Positions 14,020-26,468 of a DNA stretch of 64,000 nucleotides are shown piece after piece. Source of the DNA: Ginglymostoma cirratum (lineage: Eukaryota). The position numbers and the translations under genes are program-made. The first letter of the stretch is position 1; the number at the start of each line of letters is the position of its first letter. The notes beneath the pieces are model-generated. The model was given only the letters and a program-made list of their open reading frames with translations. It had not been told where the DNA came from and ran no database searches. Location of the stretch: assembly GCA_024137785.1 (NCBI GenBank), contig JAHRHZ010000268.1, positions 18,285,679 to 18,349,678 of the forward strand, read 5' to 3'.

Positions 14020-16033
14020 CAGTTTATTACTTAATAGTTAATTACTTAATAATTACTAATTTTCAAGATGAAGTATTAAGACCTCACTCCAAAAATGCCA
14101 GATATAGTCTGTGTGAAAGTCTCGTTCACGGCATTTTTTAAACGAAACTTTCCTGTGGCAAATTTAACTGATTTAGTTCTATTCTTCATTCGTAATAATT
14201 ACCCTGAGGTAAGAATTACTTCACCCGAGTTTTTTAATACCAGTATAAAAGTTTATAACTGCAATTTCTTATTAAAATGCGCTAAAATAAATCCAACCAA
14301 TAGGCTGTGTATGAGTGGTAGATTTTCTATTTTCTCTTTGTCTGTCCTTCCCAGATCATTTGCTGTTGTGCATCGATGTGACAATTTAATGATCAGTTTT
14401 TGTTGTTCCATGTACTTATCCTTCAGCATTTTGAACTGCATATTACTTTCGAGAAGTACAACCAACGAGGAATGAAAGTAACGTTCACATTAGTTTAACA
14501 TAAGATTGTAGTACTCTCACTATAGGCTAAGAGAACAGTCTTACAGACTAATCAGTACAAAACCACGGCAACTTTTGATACATATCTGTGTACATGAGTC
14601 ACTGACGAATTTTGCAGCTTGTGACGTTTCCCTGCCTTTTGTACCTAAAAATAGCAATAAAACGAAAATGCCATAACAAAAGTGTAAAGGAGAACAACGT
14701 CAGTTAAAAGGATAAGCCTTCTTATTTAGGCTGCTACAGTGAATTCAAAAATATCTTCGTGTTCTTGAACACAAACAAGCCATGTACAAAATTTAACCAC
14801 GCAACCTCAAATTTGAAAGTCGTGTTCAGGAAGGTATAACAGAAAAACGATGATGGATTCAACATATTTTAATTAAATATATATAAAACCATTTCACTCT
14901 TCCTTGGCACTTGTTGCAATAAATGCAACATCAGATCGATATCAGTTGCTTTTCGTTAATTAATTTCATTCAAATTAATTGCATTGACATTAAACCATAG
15001 AACTGTACAACAGCGAAGGTTTTGTTTCATTTTAGAGTCATTGTTGAACACTTGTACAAATAGTCTGTTCATTTTATTATAAATAATTCTAGAAGGGCGC
15101 AGCATCTACGAACTGCAAAAACATTTTTGTTTTCAAGGTCTACCATGACGGTGGGGAAAGGCGGTATTACTCTGAGCAATATCCCTTCACAATGGGCTCT
15201 TCAAATTCTGATCTTCATTGATTGAATCAAGGTTTCAATGAAACCAACACCTCATAGAAATACATCCCATAAACATCTATGTGAAATAAATTCCCACAAC
15301 AGCACAAGAGAAATATTTATGAATAAACACACTTCTATGAAATAAAAATTAAATACTGACAGTCTATCAGCCGTACACAATTTTAAACAAAATAAACTTT
15401 GTTCGTGTATCAACATTTTTTTTTTACAGAGGGCCGTACCTTATCTTATGGTTTAAAACTACAAGAGTGCAGTACGGTAAGAATGTAGAATACATAATTT
15501 ATATCTTTTTGATCTAAAACAAATGGACATCTAGGTAGAATAGTTATAATTATCCATTACTTATGTTACTGGAAGAAGAAAATAGTACACATGAAAATCT
15601 AAAATGAGAACCGTTGAAACTATTTTTCCTCTCCACACTTGTGAAAGCAATGGTTTGTTCCATCTAACATAAACCAAGTGCAATTCTGACTCAAAGGACA
15701 TAAGCATCATTGAAAATAGTATAAATATACATGCAAGTGTAATTCTTCGTATTTCATTTGATTGTTCACTCTTGACTCTCATAAACGGTTCATAGCAGAT
15801 TAGCGATCCATTTTCCATCTCTGAATAATTATTCCAGTGGTTTATGGGAAGCAAAAGCATACGTAAGGAATTTCCATTATGCTATAGGAGACCAGCCCCC
15901 GGGTGTATCAAGTAAAGTTGTGCTAAAATGGATTTGCAGAAAGCTCACTTCTGAACTTTTCCCAGCTGCGAGTCCTTCCTCCTTCGGAGGCTTTTGTTTC
16001 GAAAGATCTGTGTATTCGGAATCACTGTTCAGA
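14020..16033 (-). other. SHOX2: Probable SHOX2 3' UTR; candidate AATAAA signals at 15073-15078 and 14023-14028 (minus strand)
   Basis: AT-rich, repeat-free sequence downstream of the stop, with TTTATT on the plus strand at those positions. The true 3' end cannot be determined. Confidence 0.45.
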
Positions 16034-16312
16034 TCACAGGCCTAGTGCTGCAGCGTGTTTTTTCGCTTTAAGTCTCAAGTCTGCAATGCTGGAGTTTTTA
16101 CTGGTGGTTTTGGCTGCTGCTGCCGCTGCCACCACCGTGGCGGATTCTGCCAAGGTGGCAAGGGGCAAACCAAAGGGCGGTGGAGGGAACATCATATAGG
16201 GCGCATGTGCAGCCAGGTGCGGGTGGAGGTGGTGGTGCGCATGCGCCACGCTGTCCAACTGCAGCTGCGCCTGGACCTGAAAGGACAAGGGAGTCATGTT
16301 GCAGTGATTCTC
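16034..16312 (-). CDS. SHOX2: SHOX2 terminal coding exon with OAR motif; alternative acceptor at 16276
   Basis: tgttttag|GAG encodes [43 protein letters not shown]...[25 protein letters not shown] at 16036-16034. Spliced CDS is 882 nt (293 aa), or 846 nt (281 aa) with the inner acceptor. Confidence 0.97.
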   Translation of the reverse strand, partial: ENHCNMTPLSFQVQAQLQLDSVAHAHHHLHPHLAAHAPYMMFPPPPFGLPLATLAESATVVAAAAAAKTTSKNSSIADLRLKAKKHAAALGL

Positions 16313-17859
16313 CTAAAACAGAATAAGGAGAGAACATTATTACAAAGATACCCTGTCGTCAAAAAAAAAAGACAGTGGTAGCAAATATTTAACTGATTAA
16401 AAAGCGAGAACGTTTTTGAATGGTGTTGGTGCATTGCTCAATAGAGGAGAAGGAAATGAAAGGGTTTAGCAGAGTTTGTCCAGTGCCTGCTCGCCAATGC
16501 TGCATCCAGCAAGCTGGGGGCACCACTACAAATATTGTACATATATCCAAGACTGTCTGGTTACTGGACTCTTATTTCTTCCAACGCGTGAAACCACAAA
16601 GAATAATACAAGAGTTTTAAACCATTGCTTCTGAGGGACTGAAAAGGACAGTGAAAGTGGTTCATCGAATACGGCATTTCCCCCACAATCGGCGGTTCTA
16701 CCACTTGAACACAGTCATCGAACGGACAATATAGTGGGGTCGCAGACTGTGGAAAACAGATTGCCTTACCAATGTACAGCAGTTAGTCTCCATTGTTTCC
16801 TAGAATGGTGAACACTTTAGCTCCGAAGTGATAAAGATACCAGTCAGCCAAAGCACATTCCTTGCAAAGTAACAAATTGTGTACTCCAGGGCGCGTCACC
16901 ATGCAGACAGCTCTAACCAAAAACGGAGCAGAGTCCACAAAGTATGAAAGTGCCACTTGAAACAACACTTTGCCCTCCCACACCATGACGAAAAAAAAAC
17001 ACGTGGAAGATCGCTGAAGTCAATAAAGTATTTGAAAAGCATTTAGAAATCTCGATTTTAAAAAGGGGTTGGAGAGGAAAGAGAGACAACACCGGAATTT
17101 AGATTTTTGTTGGAGTGTTCCTTACTTTGTTGAGAAAAAAAATGCCTGGCATTTCGACCACTTTAGGGGCATCTCCCCACCCGCATCCCCACGTCCCCTC
17201 CCCTCCCTGCGCGGCCGGTCCATTTCACTTTCTCCCCAACTTGTGCAATGGACAGCTGAGGGAATTAAAATTTGTTGAGTAATCACTTCACAAGACCTTA
17301 AGGGATGAGAGAATAACATTCTTAATTCAACCAGCAAAATATCGAGGGAAGATAACACATTGAACAAAAAAAAAGTTGACAAAGTTTCAAGACATAGTCT
17401 GTCATAATCTGTGACTGTTGAGGAAGATCATTCAAATTGAGATGTAAATCAAATATATTCAGAATCAGCGTTGAACTAATGAACATGAAATCAACATTAG
17501 CCAGGGGAAGTGGATAAGTGGACTATGAGATCTTGAGCCATATGAAGTAGAAATCTCCCAAATCATATAAATGTCGGGCAGGCGTGTTACATCTGGATTT
17601 ACTTCCGATTTGCATCAAGTAAAATGCATGCTGCTTGAAAGCGCACGTGTGTTGACTTACGGCTACACTGCAAAGTCAAGGTAACCTGCAAAAACAGGTG
17701 CAGGTTCAAACGTGTAGAAATCACCTGGTCGAAATCTCCCAGGGTTGCCAGCGTAGGTGAAAACCTGTTAACATTTCTGCCACCTTATTTAATAGAAGGC
17801 TAAAAGTTGTGCATGAAAATAAATAGGTTGATGCCTTTTGGGAGATTAACTATGTTAAT

Positions 17860-18210
17860 ATGGTGATATTGATGCACTGCAGAAATTCGCTAAAGCTCTT
17901 TGGACAGCACATTCCCAACACGTCACCACGTCCATCTCGAAGGACAAGGACAACAAATACGTGGGAACAACCTCTGCAAGTCCCCCTCCAAGCCACTCAC
18001 TACTCTGACTTGGAAACACACATTTCCTTAAGTGTTGCTGGGTGAAAATCCTGGAATTTCCTCACTGAGAGCGTTGTGGGTCTACCTACACCAAATGGAT
18101 TACAGCAGTTCAAGACGACAGCTCACCACCACCGTCTCAACGGCAAACAAGGATTGGGCAATACGTTCTGGCATAGCCAGCGATGTGAACATCCTATGAA
18201 TGAATTTAAA
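17860..18210 (+). mobile_element. L2-like LINE 3' end in SHOX2 intron 4
   Basis: gcagttcaagacgacagctcaccaccacc..tctcaa...agccagcgatg..catcctatgaatgaattt, a tail also present at 37715-37838 and 47590-47665. Confidence 0.7.
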
Positions 18211-18927
18211 ACTCAAATTGTCTATGAAGGATAAAAAGTAACACTGAAGTCGAATGTAAAATATACAGTTAGATGTGTGCAAATGATTAAAATTCCGTTT
18301 CAATTGGTCAAGCATTTGAAAGTCTACACAAAGTGCAATTCTAAAATGTAATGTTGTTCAATTCTAAATCATGGACGAAAATGCATACGCAAAAACAGGT
18401 TGTTCTGCGGTAATGGGAGTCCCTTGAGCAGGATGGTAATCTCATAAATAAGGAATACAGCAGTTGCACGACGATTAGTGGAGTTCAGACATTTAAAAAC
18501 ACCTCGTACTACACTAAGCATGTATCAGTATTAGCAGATTTTACTGATAAAATGGCAGAACACGCCACATAACACGGACATTTAGGCGATAATCAAATAC
18601 AACTCATGGAAAATGGCGACTGAACCGAAAAAAAATCCCCGATCAGATCGGAAAACCTCTTTGGTTTAGCTCCCTCTCAATGGTCACTTAAGACATGTTA
18701 ATTTTGGGGGCGACGTGCAAGGACAGGTATTGATACGATGTATACATTATCAATATCGTGTTAGCGATAATATGAACAGAACTGCTCATAGAATAAGGAA
18801 GATGATACCTTTAAATAATTAGTCAAATTTTATTTCCAAAACAAGTTTCGTTAAAGCAGCTTTAAAAGATCGTGCATCTTCCCCAACGGAGATTGTACGC
18901 AAAAAACTTTGATGGATTTATACTTGC

Positions 18928-19016
18928 CTGTTGAAATGGCATTCTCAAGGCTCCCACATTAACGTATGGTGCCACTCGACAAGCTTCTAACTGACTGGTG
19001 GTACCAATGAGTACAC
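18928..19016 (-). CDS. SHOX2: SHOX2 coding exon 4 (89 nt)
   Basis: ctgcag|GT GTA CTC... encodes (G)[29 protein letters not shown]. The in-frame donor is the non-canonical CAG|GCAAGT. Confidence 0.93.
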
Positions 19017-19431
19017 CTGCAGTAGAAAAAGCAAGTTCAAATGTAAGGAAAAGTTCTCGCGTCACGGTCTGGAGCCACTAATCTTAATTAATTTTTGTGA
19101 CTTCGGATACAACGACATTATACTGATGAGAAACATCATAATTCTGCTCAAAGTCCTGCTACACAGTGTATGCATAATCAACGAATGAGTGAACAAATGA
19201 CTAATGTTTACTATTTTTGTTCCACTATCCAATTCCACTCCCCCACCCCAATCCCTTTCCATATCCCGTCCCTTCGCCCCCAAATCCAGATTAAAGTTTG
19301 ACTCTTCTTTTGTTGGCTTATAACCTTGGTCGAAGACATAGCACGTTTAAATTTTACATCAATGCATTAAACTGCATGTGGATTGCTATTAATAACGTTA
19401 CCTCGCCGGATCTGTAATTTAACAAACATAC

Positions 19432-19489
19432 CTTTATGAAGTTGATTCTCTTGTTTTCGACATTTTGCTCTTCTGTTCTGAAACCATAC
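19432..19489 (-). CDS. SHOX2: SHOX2 coding exon 3 (58 nt), homeodomain recognition helix
   Basis: ccctatag|GTATGGTTTCAGAAC... encodes [19 protein letters not shown](G); donor AAG|GTATGT. Absent from the ORF track, read manually. Confidence 0.97.
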
Positions 19490-21726
19490 CTATAGGGCAA
19501 AAACGAAGAAATTTAGTGGCAATGATTGGCAGTTGCATCTCAGATGTACGAGTTGGACTGTTCAAACTGACAACTATGCGATGCAATATCCCGTCGGACT
19601 TATTAATTATTAATATGATTGACCTCGTTTATTTTAATTATCCGACCCTTGTATGCACGATGCATGGCAGCCTCTTCGGAAAGAAACAACGGTGCAAACG
19701 ACCGAAAACATGCAGAATCGTGTTTTTTGTTGCTTTTTCCTGGTTCATGAGAAATTTGTTTCATGTCCTGTTTCATTTCTAACGTAGGTTGCCATCCCAG
19801 AAGAACTAGATATACTTTGATACCCAATACTACAGCGATAATGGCCCTGACATTTGAGAATGAGCTCCGTCCAATAAGATTCAGCTCATTAGCAGACGAA
19901 AATAAAAGTACTATGTCTGTAAGCAAAATAAAAATGTTGTCCTGATACTAAAGGATATCGATACCTGGTAATTAGCATTATTCAAGGTTAATATATCTAT
20001 CTATATATAATCGAATGTTTATTCCTTGGTTGATTTTTGCAAGGCAATATTATGCTCACAAGGACACAGATTAAACCCCATACAATAAATACCACATTAA
20101 TATGTTAAGCTGCTTTGCAATTCTCAAATGAAAGTCTGGTGTTAAATTATGCATGTACGATTTCGAATCCTTTCTATCTGCAAGTACCATCACATGAAGA
20201 AGTTTTCCAGAATCATACTCTAGCAGAAAAAAATACTTTGATGCGTTTTGGAACTGGGATACCAAATTTACTTTCGATCAAATTGAACTTCATCGTTTTC
20301 CATCTTCAAATCACAATGCACTGTTTTGTTACCAAACAGATTATTTGTTTACTCTACCGTTCAATTAAAAAAAAGTATAATTTAACGTCTATAAAAATAC
20401 TCAATCTTATGAAAACCTTTGATCTATTATATTCCAGTGATTCTTAATACCATATTTTATTGACCCCGACAAAATGGCAAATAAATCATACTGTGGGTAC
20501 TAAAATGACCTTACAAAGCAGTTAAATGTAGCTCTGATTGTCTCTCCAATGATTACTGTATCAACATCCTACCTCCATAAGATGTTTTCAGATTTTCAAC
20601 ACGTACATTTGGGAATAGGTTTTGTTAACATCAGAGAACCAATCAGGATTGCATTTAAAAGCGCACAGACTGTCAGCAAGATATAGTTCACCTTGGCAAT
20701 GTATAAACCATTACTTTACACCAATATGTAGAATTGTTTTCGACAATTGGAATAGGTAACAGAGAAAGTTGTTGAAGACGAATTATTGCAATGCTACAAA
20801 ATATGTAGTTTTCAATGCTGAATGTATAACAAATATTGAAGACAGGAAGACTGTATAGAAACTAATACACATTAATCAATATAGCATTCCATATAACAAA
20901 AAAAAACTCAGTTCAAATATTCGTCACAAATACTGCTTAGGATTTGTATTACTACACGGTGAAGTTTGTCCTCGCCTTTCCGATGCGATAATGCAAAGTC
21001 ATCTATGCTGAGCACAAGTCAAACAGGAATTTGAAGAAAAAAAAATGTAATCTTATTGTGTACAGAGAAACCATAAGGAATACGCAAAGCGATGACAAAA
21101 ATAAGTATCCGACATCCCTCTCTCTCCACCTCCTCTACCCCCTCCCCCCCACCCCCATGGTTCTTGACGCAACAACCTTTTTCTTTTGCAGGTCTGTTTG
21201 ATGGTTTTGAACGCTGGTCGATTTGTTCAGGTCAAGTTGCTGCTAAGTTTACCTCGTTATCGTATTACAAGCTGGAAACCCCCCTAAGAATACTATACAG
21301 CTTGATGCAGATGGTACTGTAACAGAGGGCGCATGCTAGCAATTTCCCAATAGCAGCTGCAGCTGCCGCTGGCCTATCAACCACAACTTCTCCGAAACTT
21401 CCAGTAAATTAATTGTCACTTCTTACGGCACAAACCTATTTAATTCAGCACAGCGGTATACAGTTTCAACATCTGAAGGATTATTTACGTAAACATAAAT
21501 CATTTTATTCGTAGGCTGAACCTGTTGTGTAGATGTTTTAATTTGTTTCCTTTGCACTTATATCTGATTATATACCGAACTGAATTACTTCTAACAGAAG
21601 TGCAACCCACAACGTTAGCTTAAAAATAAATAATAAGATCACCCAGTAAATCAAAACGTTATGCTATTTATTTTTGCTATATTCTAGTGTACCAGATGCT
21701 TGGATCATAGTGTATATTTGCCTTAC

Positions 21727-21935
21727 TTGCACTCTGGCTTCTGAGAGCCCCAGCCTCTGACTCAGCTCTTCTCTCATAAATGCATCCGGATAATGGGTTT
21801 CATCGAACAACCTTTCCAGCTCGTTTAGCTGCTCCAGTGTGAAGTTAGTCCGACTTCGCCGTTGTTTAATTTTTGTCTGCGCTTCTTCTTCCACTGGTTT
21901 GGCGTCTTCTTTTCTGTCTTTAATATCAACGCTTC
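21727..21935 (-). CDS. SHOX2: SHOX2 coding exon 2 (209 nt), most of the paired-like homeodomain
   Basis: Acceptor tatag|GA, then [69 protein letters not shown], then donor CAA|GTAAGG. Confidence 0.97.
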
Positions 21936-22380
21936 CTATAAATGACCATCAAACGCTCTAATTACACAAATGTTTAAGGTCCAGATATCGGCAAGAATGT
22001 CTTGGACCGAGCATATAAAAAGTTACCAGGTAAATGAAATTAAAAACAAGTTGCCTCCATTGTAATTACATTACGACAACGTTAATTTTAAACGTAGACT
22101 AATTTCTGCCTTTTCCAGTGCACTTTTTGCTGAATTATATATAGCTTTTACTATCTCCACATGTCAATGTTTAATCCTCAAAAGAAAGCCCATCATTCAG
22201 TTGTTTTTAAAGTGTTTTGTCCCAGGCGACTTATCATTGTTCAAGTTAATCTTTTGCTTTCATAATTTCCTTCTAGTAGTACACACTAAGCTAATAATAA
22301 ACTTCGATGCTCATGGTGTCGGCCACATTATCCTTAATATAATAGACAGCACTTTTGAGTATTACAGATTTATCGCTGAT

Positions 22381-22472
22381 TGCATTTAGAATATCTAAAT
22401 TTGTTTAAATCAAATAACAAATGTACTGAATCAAGTTATTTCATTTAAACAAATTTAGATATTCTAAATGCA
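22381..22472. repeat. Near-perfect inverted repeat (38-bp arms, 1 mismatch, 16-nt spacer) in SHOX2 intron 1
   Basis: tgcatttagaatatctaaatttgtttaaatcaaataac (22381-22418) versus gttatttcatttaaacaaatttagatattctaaatgca (22435-22472). Confidence 0.95.
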
Positions 22473-24238
22473 TTGTTAGAAATTTACTTTACAGCTACTT
22501 TAGCTTGCTCACTCCCGTAATTTGTCAACAAGAGTCAAAAGCTGCAAATTGCAGTAGTTTGTGAAAAGGACCAATTTTGAACAGCTGAACTGCTATGTTT
22601 ACAAATTATATGTTGCAGAATTTGTTAAGTTAAAGCTAAACAAACATTGCGAGGTTTAGGTTTGATCATGCGTTTTTGTTTTACGAAGTGCATAAACAGT
22701 GCCCCAATCCGCAGCGAGTTCAGGTTCGAATACTTTGGTACAACGCATAGATTAACCAGGTTACATAGTATTCAGAGCCTATTTTGGACGTCGCATTTTC
22801 AACCAGGACACTTTGTATTAGAGCGATCTTTGTTCGGGTTTCTGAGGTGTTCGCATTTTTCAGAGAACTAAAAATACAACGTTCACGTTAAGTCTCCACA
22901 TAAGGTACTGTACAGTGACATAAGCATTAATGCGCTTTGTTGCCTGAAGCTCCAGAAACTTGCTTACCGGTGCCATTATCATGATTATTGTTTGAATGAA
23001 TAGTACCCTTTTTTAAGTGGGCCAGCATCTGTCAACTACAAGTGCACATTAAACAGTGATGAGAAATAAACTGTGCCATACATTACAGATAACGTTAAAG
23101 TGCAAAAACATTACACCTCGCACGGGAAAGCAATCACCATTTTTTGTTGTTGCTTCAAAGTATTCAGAAGTCAGATAAAAGGAGCAAAAAAAAAAGAGCA
23201 AAATTGTTTGAAAACATTGTCTGTAGCTAAAATGTAATGACATTGATTGTATTAAGGAGAGCTTATTCGTTTTATTTAACCACGAGAATCTCATTTATTA
23301 TCGTAAATTAATTTACTGAAGAAAATAACGCAAAATGATTAATGAAGTGGATGTATTTAGGGAGCTTAGTGAGCACTGTATTCACATCGCTGTAGTAGTG
23401 TTCGGCAGTAAGTTTAGCATCCATAAATTGGCAATATTCTGTGATGTGCAATATAGTCTATATAAATACTTTGATGGTAACGATTGTTTAATAAGTCCCC
23501 TTCGAAATGGCGGCCTGTATAAAGTGACAGGATTTGTTTATTATATCATTTCTGGACGATGATTTGGAATTGTATTCCTATTTCAGCAACGGGGTAGGGG
23601 TGGGGGAAACTTAGTTGTACAGCATGGACTCGAAACATAAGAACAAGATCAGTGCCGTCATTGTCATCTACCTATCGGTAAACGTCTATAAAAAAAAACA
23701 ATGCATTGCAACTGGCGTTAAAATGTTTCTTTGCTAAACCACAACCGTGATGTTATTCTCGGTATAACCAAATCAAATCTGTTTAAAACCGATGTTAAGC
23801 AGAATTACACATTCTTTAAAAACAGAAACCAGAAGCCATTAAGTTTTTCGCAATAATTGATATTTGATTGACCTGCATGCGTCACCGAACCTTTCTGTAA
23901 ACACGCTATTCTCTGGGTATTACCGCGGACACATTGCTTATGAAATACAACTTCCACTCTGTTTTATTTAAATCATTGATTGTATCGTAACTAAACACCA
24001 ATCGTATGTAGTTACTATGATTTACTGTACTTGAGTTGCAAAAAGAACCACTGACTTTTAAATGAGTACGTTAACAACGCTCTGTAATTTGCTCTAGATT
24101 TGCTCATATTCTTTGAATTTAAGAACAAGGTCCATATCGTGGAAAATAATAAGTAAGTCCACATATTGACAACGCACCACGCGGGTCATCTAAAGACACT
24201 CTTAACTACCGCGTGTACGAGTATGAGACTTGTTTTAC

Positions 24239-24485
24239 CCGGATCGGTCAGTTTCGGTGTACCGCTGTCCCGCGGTCTTTCTGGCCCGATCTCTGGCTCA
24301 CTGCTCGGGGATCGAGACGCCCCACGCTGTGCGCTGATCATTTCATCCCGGCTGCCTTCACTCAGACTCGGCTCTCGAGCTCGCACAGGCCCGCTCTCCA
24401 GAACTTCCCGATACGTGATCCCATCCTTCTTTTCTTTCACCTTTTGATCAAAAGACTTCGAAACAAAAGCTGTAAGTTCTTCCAT
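24239..24485 (-). CDS. SHOX2: SHOX2 coding exon 1 (247 nt, ends in phase 1)
   Basis: ATG at 24485 gives [33 protein letters not shown]...TPKLTDP, the SHOX2-type N-terminus. Donor G|GTAAAA at 24238 is in the phase needed to join exon 2. Confidence 0.93.
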
Positions 24486-24629
24486 AGCTGTTCAGAGGAA
24501 TATGTCCTTGTCTGTTCTTATTCTCTGCAATACATCAACCGTGCAATGTTTATCTGTTGTACGTCGTCTTGGAGTTGAAATGCAAACCTGATCTTCCAGA
24601 ATTCGGTTGCTCGGAGATGCAGATCTAGT

Positions 24630-24910
24630 ACTGATGTGCTATTGAAGTCAGACTATTTATACTTTGCAATGCTTGCCCAGCTGCGCCCCTTGTACTCAGC
24701 AATTACCTCCCCTTGTAGTCTTGATGTGTCCCCACTCCTGGAACACAGTTATCATCAGCCCCTGGGCTGCAACTCATACCTAGCGGCTGCTATTGGCCAT
24801 TAATCCACCACTGACAAGCATTCGTAATTAATTTAATTAGCGAGTATTACTGCTATTGTTATTACTTAGCTAAACACGGGGGAGCTGGGATGGCACCGGG
24901 GTGGGGCCAA
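24630..24910 (-). promoter_or_regulatory. SHOX2 proximal promoter (TATA, CCAAT, homeodomain sites)
   Basis: Minus-strand TATAAATA at 24661-24654 and CCAAT at 24796-24792. Plus-strand TAATCC at 24801-24806 and TGACA at 24812-24816. Palindromic TAAT-TTA-ATTA at 24829-24839. All lie 170-350 nt upstream of the ATG. Confidence 0.65.
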
Positions 24911-26339
24911 GAGGAATGACACATCGGAGAGCGCGGTGACTGGATCGTCCCTAAAGCCGGCGACATTACAACACCAAAGCACGCTAAAATCAGGTAAACT
25001 TTTGATTTGCTTATGGAAAATCAACATGTTATTTACAGCTTACACAATGGTTAACAACAGATGTTTACACAATACACGCACACTAATAGAACACTTTCAA
25101 AAATGCATATATAAGATTTGATAATCTGTTCATCGTTTTCTCCTGAATCGTGTCAGGTTTACGTTAAATGCTTCGTAGTCATTTTCATCGCTAATTTAAA
25201 TTAAATGAATACTTACATGCTAAATAATACAAATGTGGTCACGTTTCTTTATTGTTGCTGGAAACGGAATTGTACAAAAAAGTAAATGCATCACTTCAGT
25301 CGCTGTTTTCTTGAAGGTATTTTAAATCATCAGTTGGCAGGTATCGCACCTGATAACGTGTGGAAGAAGCGTGTGGAAACGTTTTTTGATGTAGAATTTT
25401 TGCGAAAAGGGTACACATTATACAGACATCCACTGGTCTGTGCAACGTGTGAGGAGATGTTTGGTGTGTTGTATGTAGTGTCTATACTTTCCGCGTACTT
25501 CACTGAAAGTACAAAATTGACCATGCAAAAAGGAAGGTTAAGAGCCAAGCGTTATCTTTGTCCAATACCTTCTCTTTGTGCACAATTTGAAACATTAGAC
25601 ACTTTAGAAGTATTGAAGAATAAGTCGCTGGCTCTAACATTTGTAAAGATAGTTTATGCAGCTTTTATTCCGCATAAATACCGACAATCCCATGCGTAGT
25701 TGATTGAACCTTAAGTAATTTAGCTTTCAGTACCATTGTTTTCAATTACTTCATGACGGTTTGGAGATGAACAATTCGCACTGTTGATCCAACAAGTTAC
25801 CTATTTATGTTGTATCTCAGTTGGATCGATTACCTGCAATTCTGTCACATTCTTCATCAACTTAATATTTGTAAATAACAAACCTCGACCCTTCGTAGAA
25901 AATGCATCGAATTATTGCAAAGATGACACTAGATCCTAGTTGTAAACATAACTGCGCTATATCTCTTCAAATGTATTTTCTGATTGTTTGGGACTGATAT
26001 TTTGTTGAACGTTGCAATAAGGTAGCATTTATTTAAACATATTCCGTGTTACTCATTCTGAAAAGGCCGATAAGTTAATTTTTGCCTGTAATTTTAATTA
26101 ATAAGAAACAAGACCAGAGGGAGCGGGCGATCATCGTCTTAACACTGATGTGGAGATCAAATGTTTTAATGCCCTATGCCTAAAAAAAGTTCACAAATTT
26201 GTTTGACTAAAAAAGAAACGATGCAATTTCTATTCAGTAATGTTTACATAAATCCTGCAATTCTGGATAGTTTGAAAGAAATCAAAGTTTACATCTGGTT
26301 GAACTGTCAACTGACGAACACAATCTTATGGATGAATAG

Positions 26340-26468
26340 AGCAAATAACTGAAGATGATGAAAATCTGAAACAAAAACAGAAATTTCTGGGGAATTCAGC
26401 AAGTCTGACAGCATCTGAAGAGGGAGAAATGGGGTCACGTTTCGGGTCCAGTGACCCTTCTTTAGAAC
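26340..26468 (-). mobile_element. Penelope-derived short repeat with degenerate hammerhead core
   Basis: Minus strand CTAAAGA-A-GGGTC-actg-GACCC-GAAACGTG followed by the family body cagatgctgtcagacttgctga. Confidence 0.7.

Noticed and set aside
16055-16381. Antisense and alternative-frame ORFs over SHOX2 exons (also 24166-24578)
   Set aside because: Shadow ORFs of GC-rich coding sequence.
16034-24485. Assignment as SHOX rather than SHOX2
   Set aside because: The KVKEKK N-terminus, the 12-aa optional insert, the [10 protein letters not shown] terminus and RSRC1 adjacency all indicate SHOX2.
25286-25699. 137-aa ORF between SHOX2 and RSRC1
   Set aside because: No recognisable homology or compositional signal of coding; consistent with chance.
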